Shown: positions 60,948-64,000 of the stretch, one piece after another
Layout of the letters: every line of letters starts with the position of its first letter
How positions within the stretch are numbered: position 1 is the first letter of the stretch
NCBI GenBank assembly: GCA_010909165.1
Contig: VJWM01000289.1
Location: 1 to 64,000, forward strand
Direction of reading: 5' to 3'
DNA: 64,000 nucleotides
Source of the DNA: Anthoceros angustus
Taxonomy: Eukaryota > Plantae > Anthocerotophyta
The notes under the pieces: generated by a model
What the model was told of the DNA's origin: nothing
Seen by the model: the letters and a program-made list of their open reading frames with translations, nothing else
Databases searched by the model: none
Program-made: the position numbers and the translations under genes

Positions 60948-61607
60948 CCGTCCACTCACTAATTGGGAACTATTGGGGGTAGCCTTAACACTTCATACAC
61001 ACACCGTGGTTGGAATACTTGACACACACACACACCACACACCGTGGTTGGAATGCTTCACGCACACAGACTTAAACACAGGAATGATGCTTAAACACAC
61101 ATGCCTGAATCATGGAGGTTATGATGGTGTTGCCTTCTACAATGCGGAAGGACAATTAACTGAAGCCGGTCCCAGGGCTACTGAAGACAAGCCCAACACA
61201 GACTTGATGCAATTAAGACTGCCAGTTTTTGGGAACAGAGCCATCTCAAGAAGAAAGGAAGTGTTTCAACCGCACTCTTAAGAGTTAGGAGACACACCTT
61301 ACCAGCCGATCGTACATTTGCAGTATTTGTATGGAAGGCCAATAGGCCCGTAATATTCTCCTTAATACAGAAAATTTCGACCCACAACAGTCCTCTGCTG
61401 CCGTTGCGCACATACTTCACCGACTTATCAACCTCATTCTTTTGCTTGGAACTATTTGCGTAAGACTCATACAGGTATGCGTCCTGTACCTCTCCTTGGG
61501 CTAAGGGGAGCCAGATCCCAGGAGTAATCTCGAGCATCCCAATAAGTGGGGTCCTAATTAGAGGGGGATGAGGGGCGAGAGAGGGGAGGCGCAGGAGGGT
61601 TGGACTG
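60948..61607. mobile_element. 660-bp MITE-like element, TA flanks, CAGTCC/CCGTCC ends
   Basis: TA-CCGTCCACTCACTAATTGGGAACTATTGGGG left; ...CCCAATAAGTGGGGTCCTAATTAG...GGACTG-TA right. Confidence 0.45.
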
Positions 61608-61686
61608 TACATATGTACATAAACTGTGTGAAGCAAGCACTCCAGTGAGTTTGTCAGGATTTTCATAGGGAATCAAAAGACCAATA

Positions 61687-63009
61687 TCAAGACCTCCAGT
61701 GCATAAGGTACTTAAGCTCGTCGTAGACTGCAAGGACGATGGCTGACCCCGTGCACCTGACCATCTTGGAGCCCAAGCCCCTGTAGAACGAGGCCAGCCC
61801 TTCCATCCTGTAGATCATCCTCCAGCAATCCAAGGTGCCGTTGAACACTCGCTGGTGCGGCTCCAAGCCCGCCTGCATCATCATGCGGTGCCTGACCGTG
61901 TCCAGAGGGTAGGAGATGAGGCCAGCCGCGGATGTGGTAGCCTGCGCCACCAACCATTTCTTCCAAAACGCCAGATTGACCTGCTCCTGGCTGGTGAGGT
62001 AATCCTTAGCCGTGTCGAATGCCCCGAAGTAGATGCTCCTGTGCACCATAATCCCGTGCAAGGAGGCGGGAAGGCCCCGGTAGACGCCTCGGATCCCCTC
62101 CATCCGGTACACGGTGGCCAGGAAGTGAGAAATTCCCTTGAACTGCCGCGCCTCTTTCGTGCCGAGGTCCGTCGCCAGCCTGGTGTGCGCGATGTCCAGC
62201 GGGTACACGAAGGGCAGCGCGCTGCACCCGGCTGCCGCTCCCGCCAGGAAATTTGCCGGAGCTGTGGCCAGGCTCCCTGGCCGGCCCTGCCCCTCCCGCC
62301 CCGGCATCAGCATGCTGCGATAAAGATCCTGCATAGCCGCATCAATCACATGTCAGATCAGAAGATCTACAAATCAGAAGAATCCGACACGCTTGCTTGT
62401 AGGACAGATCTATTTGCATCCACAAATACACAAGACAGAGCATCTGACATGCAAAAGCAAGCTGCGGACGCGGCGCAGTACCTTGAAGGCGAAATTGAGG
62501 CCCAGGGAGGGGTAATGGCGGATGACGCTGGTCCCGTTCCCGCGCCAGAGCGACAAAACTCCCTCGTCCCGCGCCACGCGCACGATGCAGTCCACCAGGC
62601 CCTTGTAACGTGGCTGCGAGCCGGCCCGGATGACCGGGTTCCCCTCCTGCGTCTGCAGCACCAGCTTTGCGCGCTCCAGGGCGCCACCAGCGTGTGCGCC
62701 AGCGCTCCGAGAGTCGCCCCGCCAGGGCGTCCTCCCGAACGCGGCCCGCCTCCTCTCCAGCGCTGCCACCGGCCGCATGCGCATCAGCAGCTCAGCCTCC
62801 TTTAAAGAGAAGGCGGAGGCGAGCCCGCTTCCTTCCGCTGCCTCCTCCTTCCCTTCTCCTCGCAGCTGCTGCTGCCGCCATCGCTGCCACCTCTGGAGCT
62901 GCCACTTCCGCTGCCGCTGCTGCTCCGGGCCCCAAGACATCCCTTCCAGCTCATTCTCTTTCACCTCCGCCCCGTCCCTCCTCCCCCTCATCCTTGCTTC
63001 GTCCTGCAT
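61687..63009 (-). CDS. ADP/ATP carrier, PM-ANT-like (mitochondrial carrier family); exon 2 62328-61687, exon 1 ends 62482; 5' start uncertain
   Basis: LERAKLVLQTQE, LSLWRGNGTSVIRHYPSLGLNFAFK/DLY, YPLDIAHTRLA, YPLDTVRHRMMMQ, GSAIVLAVYDELK; GT-AG intron 62481-62329. Confidence 0.88.
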
Positions 63010-63239
63010 CCTGCCCCTCCACCCATGCTCTGCCGCTACTCCTCCTCCTCCCTCCCAATTCCCCTTCCCCGCACACCCGAAGATCACCTGCACACCCCCG
63101 CACTGACTTCCTGCCCCGAAAAAGCGCCGAAAAAACAGCAAAACAACACAGAAAGCCTGGTCACCGCAAATTTCTTCACGCTCTATTTATTCTTCCCACT
63201 TCCCCGCTACAGCACCTAACCCATTAAACTTGGTACTGG

Positions 63240-63457
63240 GAGGGCGTTAATTCTTATAGATAGGGCATTCTGGCTATAGAACTTACCATGTAAGGGGAGC
63301 AGGTTATTATCCACAAGGACATAAATGCTAAAGGTATAATTCTTATGAGGGCGTTAATTCTTATAGACAGGGCATTCTTGCTATAGAACTTACCATGTAT
63401 GTAAGGGGAGCAGGTTATTATCCACAAGGAGATACACGCTAAAGGTGTAATTCTTAT
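63240..63457. repeat. ~107-bp tandem repeat x2
   Basis: gagggcgttaattcttatagayagggcattct...aaaggtrtaattcttat at 63240 and 63347. Confidence 0.85.
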
Positions 63458-64000
63458 TACCTACAGTTTAACTTCACGGACATACATAGAAAGAGGAGAT
63501 ACCCAAACACAGACCTGGTTTCGGTATCGTTTGATCATATTCTCGTTTCTATCGGCATCTATTACGTGGATATTTTTACCTTGCACCTGCCGCAGGTGAC
63601 AGTCCGTGTCATGGCTCACGTGACGGGCTTACGATGCCTGTCATGTACAGAATAAGTGTTGGGTATACGTCGTGACGCATATCTATACACACGGTGGCGG
63701 GCTGCTCATTTGCTACGGTGGGCACATATATATGTACGTATCCGTGTAGGAAGTTTCGAATCCCGGGCTTGTGACGAGACTTGGGAGCAGGGGGTCGTGG
63801 AGTGATGCCAAAGAGACGTTTGCGGGTACCGGAAAGGATTGCAATGTGGAGCGCGGGGTAGCAATGGGACCAGGAAAGGCCCGGCCACTTACCCCCATGC
63901 CACGTGGCATTTCGTCTAAGCACTTTCCTGGCGCGGGCGAGACCGTGCGGGTTGTGCGGAAGCGGCTCCCCCGATGCAGCTGCTGCTGATGCGAAGGATG

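Noticed and set aside
62630-63227. Long plus-strand ORFs (158 and 186 aa) and 61855-62805 (316 aa)
   Set aside because: GC-rich antisense shadows of the ANT gene

Overview
Eukaryotic nuclear DNA from a seed-free land plant, most consistent with a hornwort (a fern or lycophyte with U-to-C editing is not excluded). The window is dominated by seven near-identical intronless PLS-class PPR loci ending in the variant DYW:KP deaminase domain (KKPA, HAE, CxxCH, C-terminal CSCxGRP), the class linked to organellar U-to-C RNA editing. Every locus also carries, ahead of the PPR array, a ~50-aa segment (WWDNR..K....PDFRRK..GEVLWL....P.WVDEQL) that matches the ssDNA-binding PDF motif of OSB proteins; this PDF-PLS-E1-E2-DYW:KP architecture is the most interesting signal. 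Three tandem duplications (about 2.0, 2.2 and 10.5 kb) differ from their templates almost only by 1-3 bp deletions, and removing two of them restores in-frame full-length PPR genes, so they are probably long-read assembly artefacts. Other content: tRNA-Gly(TCC), acyl-ACP thioesterase, RPS15a, INTS7, an IRKI/GIL1-like protein, a PM-ANT-like adenine nucleotide carrier, NVL/CDC48C and F-box fragments, pogo/mariner-type TIR remnants, minisatellites and two long perfect hairpins. Identifications come from motif recognition by eye; no database searches were run.
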